Source of the DNA: an uncultured Alistipes sp.
Lineage (GTDB): Bacteria > Bacteroidota > Bacteroidia > Bacteroidales > Rikenellaceae
DNA length: 64,000 nucleotides
Reading direction: 5' to 3'
Assembly: GCA_910584485.1 (NCBI GenBank)
Contig: CAJUAV010000003.1
Coordinates: forward strand, 16,426-80,425
Positions within the stretch are counted from its first letter, which is position 1, and every line of letters begins with the position of its first letter. The position numbers and the translations under genes were made by a program. Shown here one piece after another: positions 1 through 13,239 of the stretch. The notes beneath the pieces were generated by a model. It was not told where the DNA came from. It ran no database searches and worked only from the letters and a program-made list of their open reading frames with translations.

Positions 1-3615
<3,615 letters not shown>

Positions 3616-3617
3616 AT

Positions 3618-6600
3618 TCACTGCACATCGAGCGCCTCGAAGGCCACCCCCTCCAGCTCGTCGCCCGAGAGGATCAGGCGGTAGGAGCCCGCATTGATGT
3701 AGCTGCCCGAGGTGGTGCTCAACACGCGCCACTTCTCCCCCAGGTCGGGCAGCAGCAGCTCCGTATCGCGCAGCACGGCGCCCGCCGCATCGACCAGTCG
3801 CAGCCGCAGCGGCACGGGGCGCCCCGTCTCGTTAACGTATTTGAAGCGGAAGGCGCACACCTGCGCCACGCCCGTGCGGATGTCCCAGGCGATGCTGCCC
3901 GCCCCCTTTTCGAAGAAGACGCCCGCCCGTTTGCGCAGCACCTCGATGCGGTGGCGCCCCTCGATCGCGGCCTCCTCCGCCTCGTAGGTCACGGCGGGGC
4001 GCGTCACGGGTTCCGCGGGCAGCAGCTCGGCGGGGGTGCGGGGCAGCACGTCGCGTTCGGCCGCCGCCCAGCTCCAGTCGGAGGGGGCCGCGGCGGGCAT
4101 CGTCGCCGTGCGGTCGGTCGTGGCGACGGCGATCGCCGAAATCACCGCCTGCCCCGCCTTCACCTCGGGGAAATCGACCCGGAGGCCGCGTCCGTCGGCC
4201 GCCTCGGCCTCGACGACGATCTTCAGGGCACCGTCGTGGCCCTTCTCGGCCCAGATGTCGAGGTCGTCGACCACCGTGCGGCCGTTCACCGCCACGTCGA
4301 AGATGCGCAGCCCCTCGCAATCGGTGCCCGCACCGCCGCCCGTGCCGTGCCACGGCTCGACGAAATAGAGCTCGAGGCGGTAGTGGCCGTCGGGCACCGC
4401 GAAGCGGTAGTTCAGCTCATGGCGTCCGAAGCGGAACGAGCCGAAAAGGGGCCAGTCGCGCGTGCCGCGGATCGGATCCGCCGTCGTGCGGCGGCTCGCC
4501 AGGTAGGGCGACAGCCCCTCGAAGCGTTCGCTCCACGAATGCGACCAGCGCACATCATCCGTCTCCCACGTCTGTCCGAAGACATCCGTGTAACGGTCGC
4601 CGCCGCAGTTGACGCGGCAGAGGTAGCGGTAGCCGTCGGCGCCGCGCGTCAGCGGCTCCGCCTCCGCATAGAGGGTCTCGAAGCGGGGCGCTTCGGGAAG
4701 GTTCTCCAGCACCAGTACATCCTCGGCCACCGCCTTACCGTCGCAGTAGCCCACCGCGCGCAGCACGTTGTAGCGGATGTCGCGGTGCTCCCACGTGAAA
4801 TGCGTGCCGATCGGACCGCGGCGCTTGGTGCCGAGGAAGGTCGCACGCGAGGGCTCGGCATCGTTCCAGAGCAGCACCGAGTCGCAGTTCGAGTAGGCCT
4901 CGATCGTCGCGCGGCGCGGCGCATCGAAGCGGTCGCTCCACGTGTGCGAGACGAGGCAGACCATCGGGTCGCGCTTCGCGTCGACGAAGTTGGCCCGATA
5001 CATATAATAGGCGTCGTTCGGCTCCTCCCACGGCGTCACGAGCCCCTTGTTGTTGAAGGGGCCGACCTTGTCGATGCGCAGGTACCCCTCCTCGGGCTGG
5101 CGGCGGCCCGGGTTGTCGTGGCTCGAGTAGATCCACTGGAACTGGCCGCAGAGGCGGTCGCGCGCCTCGTCGGCGAGGCGGACCTTCGTTTCGAGCAGCT
5201 GCGTCATGCGGTTTTCGTTCCACGACCCCGCGGGATCGAACGGGCAGGGCTCCTCGTGGAAACCCGTCGTGCGCCAGGCGCCGTACTCGCCGTTGAGCAG
5301 CTGATCGGGTCGGGAGAGCTCCTCGCCGTAGCGCTGCAACTCGCCGCCGTAGGTGCCGCTCCAGTTCTGCACGACGTTCCAGTCGGTGCCCGTGCCGCCG
5401 TTGCAGGTCGTCACGGGACGCATCGTCGCACTCGTGGGATCCAGCTCGCGGATGATCGCCGTGCACTCCTCGGCGAAGGCGCGCGGCAGGACGCTCTCGT
5501 TCTGCAACCCCCACAGCATCACCGAGGGGGAGTTGCGGCGCTCCTTCACCCAGCGGCGCAGCAGCGTCTTGAAATTTTCGCGGAATTCGGGCGTGTCGTA
5601 CCAGACGTGGGCCGAGAACTGCGTCCAGAAGAGGATGCCGTGGCGGTCCCACGCCGCCTGGTAGTCGAGGCGGTGGGGCTGGTGGGCATCGCGGAAGGCG
5701 TTGAAGCCCGCGTTGCGGATCTGCTTCACGCGCGAGGCGACCTGCTCGGCCGTGAAGGCGTGCGAAGCGCCGAACTGGTGTTCGTATTCGCAGGTGCCGT
5801 TGATGAAGACGGGCTTGCCGTTCACGTAAAAGCGGCCGTCGCCGTCGCCCCGCGTCACGGGCCACGAGAAGGTGCGGATGCCGCAGGGGGTCGTCACCTC
5901 GTCCGTGGTGGCCGTACCGCGCTTGAGCATCGAGACGAGGTCGTAGAGGTAGGGATCGTCGGGCGACCAGAGGTGCGCATCGGGCACCTCGGCGCTTTGG
6001 CGCACGCTCTTCGTCTCGCCCGGGGCGAGGGTCACCTCCTCCGTGAGGCGGAAAACCTGCGCGCCGAGCGGCGTGGCGAACTTGCTGACGAGTTGCACCG
6101 TCTCGGTCGTCGGACCGTAGTTCTTCACCTCGGTCTCGATGCGGACCGTGCGGTTATCGGTCTCGTTCCAGACGTGGACGCCGAAGGGTTCGATGCGGAC
6201 CGCATCGGTGATTTCGAGCGTCACGGGGCGGAAGATGCCGAGCGGCTGCGAACCCTCGCTGAAGCCGACCTCCGACGAGCAGCCGCCGCAGACCCACGGC
6301 ATGTCGGCGACGAGTTCGGGGTGCTCGGCCTTGACCGTCAAGCGGTTTTCACCCTCGCGCAGGGCGTCGGTCACCTCCAGCGTCAGCACCGTGCGGCCAA
6401 CGGGGTGGCGTCCCAGGTCGACGCCGTTCAGGGCGATCGTCGCATAGGTGCCGACCCCCTCGAAGTGCAGGAAGGCGCGTTTGCCCGCGGGTTTGGAGGC
6501 GGTGAAGCGCTTCTCGTAGTGCGCCGTGCCGTGCAGGTTGCCGTGCAAGAGCTGGCGGTAACCGTAGTAATCGTCCCAGTTGTGGGGGACGGAGACGGTC

Positions 6601-7814
6601 CGCTCGGAGCCCTCGACCCCCTCGAGGCGGGTGCGCCAGCCGTCGGCGAGTTCGATCCGCTGACGACGGCCCTTGCGGTCGGGGGCGGGGAAATGCACCT
6701 TCGAGCGCCCCATCGGGCGGCTCGTGGCGACGGCGATGCCGCGCTGCTGGTCGTTGTTGACGGCGCAATAGAAATGGTAGACCACCCCGTCGTGCCGCAC
6801 GACGAAGCTCTTGTGGGCGAAGAGTTCGTCGTAGGGCTTCGACGGCCGGATCAGGTCGTCGCCCTGCCAGTCGTCCCACGTCACCAGGTCGTAGCTGCAC
6901 GCGAAGGTGTTGTAGGCGAGGTAGGGACGCGTCGGGTTGAAGGCCGAGAAATAGAACATGACGTAGAGGTCGCCCATGCGCACGATCTGGGCGTCGCCCG
7001 TGATCGTCCCCTGCGCCTCGTGCGTGAAGACGGGATTGCCCTCGTAACGGCGCCAGCGGCGCATGTCGTCCGAGAGGGCGATGCCGATGCGTTCGCCCTT
7101 GTGACCCGTTTCGGGGTTGATGCCGCCCGCATTGTAATAGAGCACGAAGGGGGCCCCGAGCCGCTTTTCGCGGTCCCAGTAGACCATGCTTTTGTACTCG
7201 GTGAGCCGCTCCCACCACTGCGCCTCGTCGTCCTCGCCCGAGAGGATCGGCCGATCGGCCGCCTCCCACGCATGGGGTTTCGTCGGATCGCCCGCGGTCC
7301 ACGCCAGGCCGACGTGCAGCGGGGCGTTCACCGCCTCGTATCCCGTGCCCGCACCGCCGATGTAGGTCATCCAGCGGCGCCCCCTGAAGCGTTGCAGGGC
7401 GTACGAACCGCCCCACTCCGTATCGACGAGCGAGGGGAAGCCGCCGCGCTGGTTGGCATCCCACGCGCCGTCGCGGAAGGGCAGGATGCGTCCCAGCGTC
7501 CGCCACGAAAGCAGGTCGTCGCTCTCGGCGAGCCACGTTTCGTAACCGCGGCCGTCCTTGGCGCCCTTGCCGTCGTAGAGGACGTAGGTCATGTACCAGC
7601 GGCCGTTCTCGCGGAAGACCGTCGGGCAGTCGATCTTGGCCTTGTTCGTCTCGGGGGCGATCACCAGACCGTACTTATAGGGGGTCTTCGCCGCCTCGTA
7701 GACGGCGGCCATGCGCTCCTGCGAGACGCGGCGCGCGGGGGTCGTCGGCCGTTCGGCCGCGGCGCCCCGCAGGGCGAAGGCGGTCAGCAGGAGAAAGAGG
7801 ATGCGTCGTGTCAT
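3618..7814 (-). CDS. Bifunctional GH137-like beta-L-arabinofuranosidase / GH2 beta-glucuronidase with malectin-like (CBM57) and C-terminal beta-sandwich domains (BT0996-like)
   Basis: Signal peptide; N-terminal propeller (IDCPTVFRENGRWYMTY); GH2 core (FEGVGTY, RDAHQPH, WGLQNES, EYGAW); malectin-like RVNCGGD..LYFVEPW..RIFDVAVNG. ATG 7814 preferred over TTG 7823. Confidence 0.8.
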   Translation of the reverse strand: MTRRILFLLLTAFALRGAAAERPTTPARRVSQERMAAVYEAAKTPYKYGLVIAPETNKAKIDCPTVFRENGRWYMTYVLYDGKGAKDGRGYETWLAESDDLLSWRTLGRILPFRDGAWDANQRGGFPSLVDTEWGGSYALQRFRGRRWMTYIGGAGTGYEAVNAPLHVGLAWTAGDPTKPHAWEAADRPILSGEDDEAQWWERLTEYKSMVYWDREKRLGAPFVLYYNAGGINPETGHKGERIGIALSDDMRRWRRYEGNPVFTHEAQGTITGDAQIVRMGDLYVMFYFSAFNPTRPYLAYNTFACSYDLVTWDDWQGDDLIRPSKPYDELFAHKSFVVRHDGVVYHFYCAVNNDQQRGIAVATSRPMGRSKVHFPAPDRKGRRQRIELADGWRTRLEGVEGSERTVSVPHNWDDYYGYRQLLHGNLHGTAHYEKRFTASKPAGKRAFLHFEGVGTYATIALNGVDLGRHPVGRTVLTLEVTDALREGENRLTVKAEHPELVADMPWVCGGCSSEVGFSEGSQPLGIFRPVTLEITDAVRIEPFGVHVWNETDNRTVRIETEVKNYGPTTETVQLVSKFATPLGAQVFRLTEEVTLAPGETKSVRQSAEVPDAHLWSPDDPYLYDLVSMLKRGTATTDEVTTPCGIRTFSWPVTRGDGDGRFYVNGKPVFINGTCEYEHQFGASHAFTAEQVASRVKQIRNAGFNAFRDAHQPHRLDYQAAWDRHGILFWTQFSAHVWYDTPEFRENFKTLLRRWVKERRNSPSVMLWGLQNESVLPRAFAEECTAIIRELDPTSATMRPVTTCNGGTGTDWNVVQNWSGTYGGELQRYGEELSRPDQLLNGEYGAWRTTGFHEEPCPFDPAGSWNENRMTQLLETKVRLADEARDRLCGQFQWIYSSHDNPGRRQPEEGYLRIDKVGPFNNKGLVTPWEEPNDAYYMYRANFVDAKRDPMVCLVSHTWSDRFDAPRRATIEAYSNCDSVLLWNDAEPSRATFLGTKRRGPIGTHFTWEHRDIRYNVLRAVGYCDGKAVAEDVLVLENLPEAPRFETLYAEAEPLTRGADGYRYLCRVNCGGDRYTDVFGQTWETDDVRWSHSWSERFEGLSPYLASRRTTADPIRGTRDWPLFGSFRFGRHELNYRFAVPDGHYRLELYFVEPWHGTGGGAGTDCEGLRIFDVAVNGRTVVDDLDIWAEKGHDGALKIVVEAEAADGRGLRVDFPEVKAGQAVISAIAVATTDRTATMPAAAPSDWSWAAAERDVLPRTPAELLPAEPVTRPAVTYEAEEAAIEGRHRIEVLRKRAGVFFEKGAGSIAWDIRTGVAQVCAFRFKYVNETGRPVPLRLRLVDAAGAVLRDTELLLPDLGEKWRVLSTTSGSYINAGSYRLILSGDELEGVAFEALDVQ

Positions 7815-7888
7815 GTATGTCAATTCGTTCTTATGCAGTTGTTTCTTGCCCGGGGCGGCGGAGCGGGGCGGGCGGCTTGCGCGGGGCC

Positions 7889-8392
7889 TTGCCGTTCAGT
7901 CGCGCGGGCGGGGTCGGGGCGGGCTGTCCGCTTCGGGCGGGTGCGGAGCAGGAGCGGCTTGTTTCCAGTTCGCCGACGGCGGCAGGAGGGCAGCGAGCCT
8001 GTTGGCGGGCGAGCCTTGCCGTCCGCCGCGTGGGGCGGCGGCGAACGGCACGCGCTGCGCGCGATTTACAGCAGGGCGCACCGACACGGGTCGAAGCCTG
8101 CGGAGCGCACGCACTCGTCAGATGCGGGCCTTAAGCACGCGGAGGCTTCGGCCCGCCGCACATCCGTGCGATTTCCGCTCCGACGGAAAGACAGCAGGTC
8201 TCCGAATTCGGCCCGCAGCCGAGCGGAGGGGCCTGCGACGAGCGCCCGCGAGAAGCAGCCCTCCGCCAGGGGGCGGCTGCGGGCTGCCGATGGCTGCGCA
8301 ATGACCGAGGGCCCTGCCCAAACTGCGCTGCGGCTGCCGATGGCTGCGCCATCGAACCGTTTTGCCTGCCCTTCCGCCAAAAGGGCGGCTGC
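7889..8392. repeat. Mosaic intergenic element E2 (pairs 4, 2, 3 plus hairpins)
   Basis: Same modules as E1 and E3, e.g. gttcgccgacggcgg 7968 and gaagcctgcggag 8093. Confidence 0.9.
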
Positions 8393-8403
8393 CTCTAATA
8401 CCT

Positions 8404-11076
8404 CTAATAGAAGAGCCAGTCGGGGGTGTCGTCCGACCCTGCGAGGCCGGCGTTGCGGCTCTCGACGGGCGACGAGGTGAAGCCCAACGCCAGCAGGTAG
8501 CCGCGCGGCAGGGTCACCTTGTGCGTCCCCGCCTCGAAGCGGTAGGGATGGACGTTCGCCACGCCCCAGCCCTTCACGCTGACGGCGTTCGTCAGCAGTG
8601 GTTCGGCCTGCTGGTAGTCGTTGGCCGTGGCGTCGGTTTCGAGCTTCGGCGCAGGTGCCGAGCGTTTGTTGTCGCCCTTGAAATAGCCCACGAGCAGCGT
8701 CACGGGCTCCTTGCAGGTAAATTCGAAGGTGGTCGCCTCCGTGCGCTTGCGCTCCCCGTCGAAGACGAAGGCGGTCAGCCCCTCCAGTTCGGGAGCCAGC
8801 CCCTCGATCGTCAGCTCGGGACGGTTCGAGAAGAGCGACACCCCTTCGGCGAGCTTCGCGCGGCGCCACGTACCCGTCAGGCGGACGTCGGCATCGGTCG
8901 CCGCGACGATCGTGCGCTCGGCCGCCTTGCCGTCGGTGCGCAGCATCTCGAGGTTGGCCTTCAGGTTCTCGTACTCGGCCTCGTAGTGGGGCAGCAGCTC
9001 CTCCCACGTCTTGTTGCGGGCCCCCGCACCGCTGATCGGGATGCGGCGCTGCGCCGTCTGCATGCTGTTGGCATAGAGGTAGGCATCGCGCGTCAGTTCG
9101 ACCAGTCGGCGGTAGTGTTCGAGGCTCTTCTCCAACATCGGGATCGACGCTTCGAGGTACTTGAGCTCCTTGCTCCACTGGTAGTTGAGCACCTCGGCCG
9201 CCGCCTTCACCTTCCAGTAGAAGAAATAGGCGAACTCGCGGTAGCAGCGCATGTCGTTCGCCAGGCGGGCGAACTCGGCCGTATTGGCCTTGGCCGTCAC
9301 GCGTTCGATCGCCTCGACGGCGCGGTCGCCGTGGGCGATGCACTGCTCGACGATCGCCAGCGGCATCTCGCCCCCCTCGATGTGGGGCTCGCCCTTCCAC
9401 TCCTTCTCGACGTATTCGATCAGCTTCTCCCCTTCGGGGCCGCAGCTCTCGTAGAAGCCCGGGTAGATCGTGTATTTGTAGGGGTTCACGAGCTGGCTCA
9501 TGAACATGCCCAGCAGCAGCGTCTGACGGTTGCCCTCCGTGATGCCGAAGCGGCGCAGGAGCTTCGGGGCGATCTCGCCCGTCTCCTCGTAGGCCTCGCG
9601 CACGGCGGCTCCCGCACGGTCGTTCACGCCGTAGAACGAGCCGAAGGCATGGTCCCAGTAGGCCTTCTCCGCCTCGCGGTCGCGGCGGCAGTTCCAGGCG
9701 TAGCGGCCCCAGGCGCGGTACCACGCCCAGTCGCGGTCGAGCTGTTCGAGGCGCGAGCCGTCGGCCGTCTTGTCGGCCGTGTAGGGCCAATCCCAGTACG
9801 AGGCCTGCGGGTAGAGGTGCAGCGCGTTGGCGCCGTGGACGTCGTGCATCGCCTGCACGGTCTTCTGCGTGAAGTCGGGCGAGGCCCAGCGGAAGGGCTC
9901 CAGGTTGGCCAGGATGTGGACGTTGCTGATGTGGATGCTTCCCAGCGAGCTCAAGTCGCGGTGGATCTCGGCCCACGGACCGCGCGGCTCGTAGGTCGTC
10001 AGCGACTCGCCCGTGTACTTGTGCATCGTGTAGAGGTTCTTGTAGATCGGCAGCGCGGCGTCCATCACCATGCGGCAGTTCGTGTCGTGGGCGCGCAGCA
10101 GCACGGGGGGTTCGTCCGTGCGGCCGAGCTTCGCCAGACCGTCCTTGACGCCCGGCAGGATCACCTTCGTAAACCACTCCACGTCGTCCTCGTAGGTGGC
10201 CATCGCCTCGCCGAGGCAGACGAGCAGCCCCACGTTGGGGTATTTCTCGATGAAGGCGGCGACGCTCTTGCGCGTGTAGTCGCTCACCAGAGGCGTGATC
10301 GGACGGTTGCGGTCCTGCGTGCGCATGCCGTAGTGCTCGGCGAAAGGCTTCGACAGCAGGATGTTATAGAACATCTGAATGACGAAGATGCCGCGCTTCG
10401 AAGCCTCGGTCGTGATGAACGAGAAGATCTCCTCGTTCTTGCGGAAGGTCTCCTCGTCGACCTCGACGGCGAAGGGGTAATCCTCCAGCCGCACGAGCGA
10501 GGCGAAGGGGTGGCCGTTCCAGAGGTAGACCGAGTTCATGCGGTTCTCGACGAGCATGTCGAGGTACTTCACCCAGTGCTCCTTGTCGTAGAACCAGGGG
10601 AAGGTCTCGGGGGTATAGGGGTACTCGTAGACCGTGCGGCCCGGGAGGTAGTAGGGCTTCTGCACGCCGATGCAGGTGCCGCGCAGCACCATCTCGGGGG
10701 CATCCTCGAAGCGGGCGGGGGCCTCGAAGCGGCCCGCGGCCTCCATGCGGTCGATCAGCTCGCGGCAGCCGTACAGAAGGCCCGTGGCGTCGTTGCCCGT
10801 GACGGTCGTCAGCCGCTCGTCGCTCGTGATCGCGAAGCCCTCCTTCTTCAGCCCCTCGGCCGTCGAAAGGGTCAGGGCGACCACGCGGTCGCCGCCCTCC
10901 TCCACGACCGTATAGCCGTGGGCCTCGAGGGCGTCGCCGAGCTGTTCGGCGGCGAAGAGCACCTGGGCGTTCGGCTCCTCGGGCAGTTGCAGTTCGAAGG
11001 TGGGTTTCGGCCCTTCGCAGCCGATCGTGCAGAGCGCCGCGAGCAGGGCGGCCGCCATCAGTCGGAATTGTTTCAT
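8404..11076 (-). CDS. GH138-like alpha-galacturonidase (BT0997-like), probable lipoprotein
   Basis: 890 aa; lipobox-like TIGC; GH20/67-type N-terminal domain (EGFAI..GNDATGLLYG); size and context fit the RG-II locus. Confidence 0.7.
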   Translation of the reverse strand: MKQFRLMAAALLAALCTIGCEGPKPTFELQLPEEPNAQVLFAAEQLGDALEAHGYTVVEEGGDRVVALTLSTAEGLKKEGFAITSDERLTTVTGNDATGLLYGCRELIDRMEAAGRFEAPARFEDAPEMVLRGTCIGVQKPYYLPGRTVYEYPYTPETFPWFYDKEHWVKYLDMLVENRMNSVYLWNGHPFASLVRLEDYPFAVEVDEETFRKNEEIFSFITTEASKRGIFVIQMFYNILLSKPFAEHYGMRTQDRNRPITPLVSDYTRKSVAAFIEKYPNVGLLVCLGEAMATYEDDVEWFTKVILPGVKDGLAKLGRTDEPPVLLRAHDTNCRMVMDAALPIYKNLYTMHKYTGESLTTYEPRGPWAEIHRDLSSLGSIHISNVHILANLEPFRWASPDFTQKTVQAMHDVHGANALHLYPQASYWDWPYTADKTADGSRLEQLDRDWAWYRAWGRYAWNCRRDREAEKAYWDHAFGSFYGVNDRAGAAVREAYEETGEIAPKLLRRFGITEGNRQTLLLGMFMSQLVNPYKYTIYPGFYESCGPEGEKLIEYVEKEWKGEPHIEGGEMPLAIVEQCIAHGDRAVEAIERVTAKANTAEFARLANDMRCYREFAYFFYWKVKAAAEVLNYQWSKELKYLEASIPMLEKSLEHYRRLVELTRDAYLYANSMQTAQRRIPISGAGARNKTWEELLPHYEAEYENLKANLEMLRTDGKAAERTIVAATDADVRLTGTWRRAKLAEGVSLFSNRPELTIEGLAPELEGLTAFVFDGERKRTEATTFEFTCKEPVTLLVGYFKGDNKRSAPAPKLETDATANDYQQAEPLLTNAVSVKGWGVANVHPYRFEAGTHKVTLPRGYLLALGFTSSPVESRNAGLAGSDDTPDWLFY

Positions 11077-11091
11077 ATCGGTTGTTCGGTG

Positions 11092-13239
11092 TTAGTATCG
11101 TACGACGATTTCGTCCCCTGCGGCGATCCGCAGGCGGTAGTCGCCTCCGCCGAGCGCCTCCACGACGCCCGCCGAAGCGGTCGGAGTGCCCGCCGAGGCG
11201 AAACGGAGCCAGCCGGCCCCCTCGGTGGCGCGCACGCGGATCTCGGAGCGGTCCATCCGCACGCGGATCTCCCCGTGCGGCGTCGGCACCGTCCCCTCCA
11301 TCCATGCGAGGCCCCCCAGCACGGGGCGCACCTCGAACTCGGCGTAGGCGGGTGCGAGCGGCCGCACGCCGAGGTAGTATTTGCCCAGCAGGTAGATCGG
11401 CGAGGCGCCCCAGGCATGGCAGAGGCTCTTGCCGTAGGGGCGGCCGTACATGGCCAGGTGCTGCGCGCCCCGTTCGTCGGGGTTGTACTTCTCCCAGAAG
11501 GAGGTGGCCCCTTCGGCGAGCATGCCCCCCCAGTAGGCCTTCATCTCGCGCAGGACGGCCTCGTGCTCGCCCAGCGCGCAGAGGGCCTCCAGCTCGTAGA
11601 AGCGCATGTAGGGGGTCGTGATGCCGAGCACGGCATCGTTGAGCAGCACCGAGCGCTTGATCTGCCGCTGCCGCTCGGGCGTGAGGTAGCCGAAGAAGGA
11701 GGCGAACATGTTGGCGTAGCGCGTCACCGTCTCGGAGCGCACGCCCCCCACGCGGTTGTGCACGAGGGCCTGCCGCTCCTCGTCCCAGAAGGCGGGCAGC
11801 AGCTTCGCGCGCAGCGCATCGGCCAGCGCTCCGTATTTCGTGCGGTCGGCCTCCTCGCCGGTCAGCTCGGCGCAGCGGGCCATCGTCTCGAGGCTCCGGC
11901 AGAAGAGTACCTGCTCGATCGCCAGCTCGCCCCGCTTGTCGAGGTAGCCGTCGGCCCAGTCGACGAAGACCCAGTCGCCCTCCATCCCCTCGACCATGCC
12001 GTCGGCGTTCGTGCGGCCGAGGACATACTCCATCATCGAACGCATGCGGGGATAGATCTGCCGCAGGAAGGCGCGGTCGCCCGTATAGAGGTAGTAATCG
12101 TGAATGCCGATGAACCAGAAGAAGGTGTAGTCCATGATCGTGTTCGTGTGGCTCGTCACGGGGTCCTTGCCGCGCAGCAGCCACGTCGTCCGCTTCACGC
12201 AGGGGCTGTCGAAGAAGAGGTAGTAGTTCATCAGGTAGCTCTGCACGGCATCGCCGCTCCAGACCCAGCGGTCGCGCTTGATGCCGTCGATGAAGAACTC
12301 GCGCGTGGTGAGGTGCATCGTGTAGGCGCCCACCTCCCAGATGCGGTTCAGCTCCTCGTCGCTCGAGCGGAACGAGCCGCGGTAGTCGACGGGGGCGTAT
12401 TCGTACTCCATCGAGAGGGCCGTTTCGCGCAGGTCGCCCGTGCAGGCGACACGGACGTAGCGGAAAGCCTTGCTGTTACCCAGCACATACCGCTCCGTGC
12501 GCGCCTCGGTGCGGCCCGTGGCGAGGTCCGCGACCGCGTCGGCTGCGACGCGGATGCGGTCGAGGGTCTCGCATCGCTCCGTGTCGAGCGCCTCCTCGGG
12601 GCTCTCGCCGTAGGTCAGGAGCACCTCGCCCGTGCCCGTGAGCCCTTCGAGCACGGCGTAGCCGAAGGTCTCGCGGCCGAAGTCGTAGAGGCGCGCCCCC
12701 TCCGTTTCGCGCACCGCGACGGCGCGCTGCGGCTTGCGCGGCAGGGCGTACTGCGAGGGACGCACGGCGGGATCGTCGAAATGCCACGAACCCGCCTGCA
12801 TGTAGAGCGTGGCCGAGGTATCGCTCGCCTTGCCGCTCTCGTCGATCCACTCCTTGTCCTCATAGGTGACGCGCCACGTCTCGTCGGTGCGGACCGTGGG
12901 TCCGTCGATCCGAAGCGCGGGCGGGGTCACCTGGTTCCACACCTTGATGCAGAGCTGGTGACGCCCCGCGGGGAGGCGGAAGCGGTCGGGCATGCCGAAT
13001 TGCAGCTTCCCGTCGAGCTTGAGGTTGAAAACGCCCTCGACGGCGATGCGGATCTCCTCGTCGCAGGCCAGGTCGAGCTCCTTCGAAAACTCGACCGTGA
13101 CGTAGTGGCTGTCCGCCTTCCAGAAGGGCGGGAAAAAGGCGCCGCGCTCGGTGCGGCGGTTGTTCATGCGGTTGCCGAGCCAGATTTCGTAGTCGCCCGG
13201 GTACCAGATCCAGGTCGCTTTGTCAGATGTCGTCGCCAT
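11092..13239 (-). CDS. GH78 alpha-L-rhamnosidase (BT1001-like), no signal peptide
   Basis: Start MATTSDKATWIWYPG at 13239; YDFGRETFG, FFIDGIKRDRWVWSGD, GATSFWE and SLCHAWGASP are GH78 motifs. Confidence 0.88.
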   Translation of the reverse strand: MATTSDKATWIWYPGDYEIWLGNRMNNRRTERGAFFPPFWKADSHYVTVEFSKELDLACDEEIRIAVEGVFNLKLDGKLQFGMPDRFRLPAGRHQLCIKVWNQVTPPALRIDGPTVRTDETWRVTYEDKEWIDESGKASDTSATLYMQAGSWHFDDPAVRPSQYALPRKPQRAVAVRETEGARLYDFGRETFGYAVLEGLTGTGEVLLTYGESPEEALDTERCETLDRIRVAADAVADLATGRTEARTERYVLGNSKAFRYVRVACTGDLRETALSMEYEYAPVDYRGSFRSSDEELNRIWEVGAYTMHLTTREFFIDGIKRDRWVWSGDAVQSYLMNYYLFFDSPCVKRTTWLLRGKDPVTSHTNTIMDYTFFWFIGIHDYYLYTGDRAFLRQIYPRMRSMMEYVLGRTNADGMVEGMEGDWVFVDWADGYLDKRGELAIEQVLFCRSLETMARCAELTGEEADRTKYGALADALRAKLLPAFWDEERQALVHNRVGGVRSETVTRYANMFASFFGYLTPERQRQIKRSVLLNDAVLGITTPYMRFYELEALCALGEHEAVLREMKAYWGGMLAEGATSFWEKYNPDERGAQHLAMYGRPYGKSLCHAWGASPIYLLGKYYLGVRPLAPAYAEFEVRPVLGGLAWMEGTVPTPHGEIRVRMDRSEIRVRATEGAGWLRFASAGTPTASAGVVEALGGGDYRLRIAAGDEIVVRY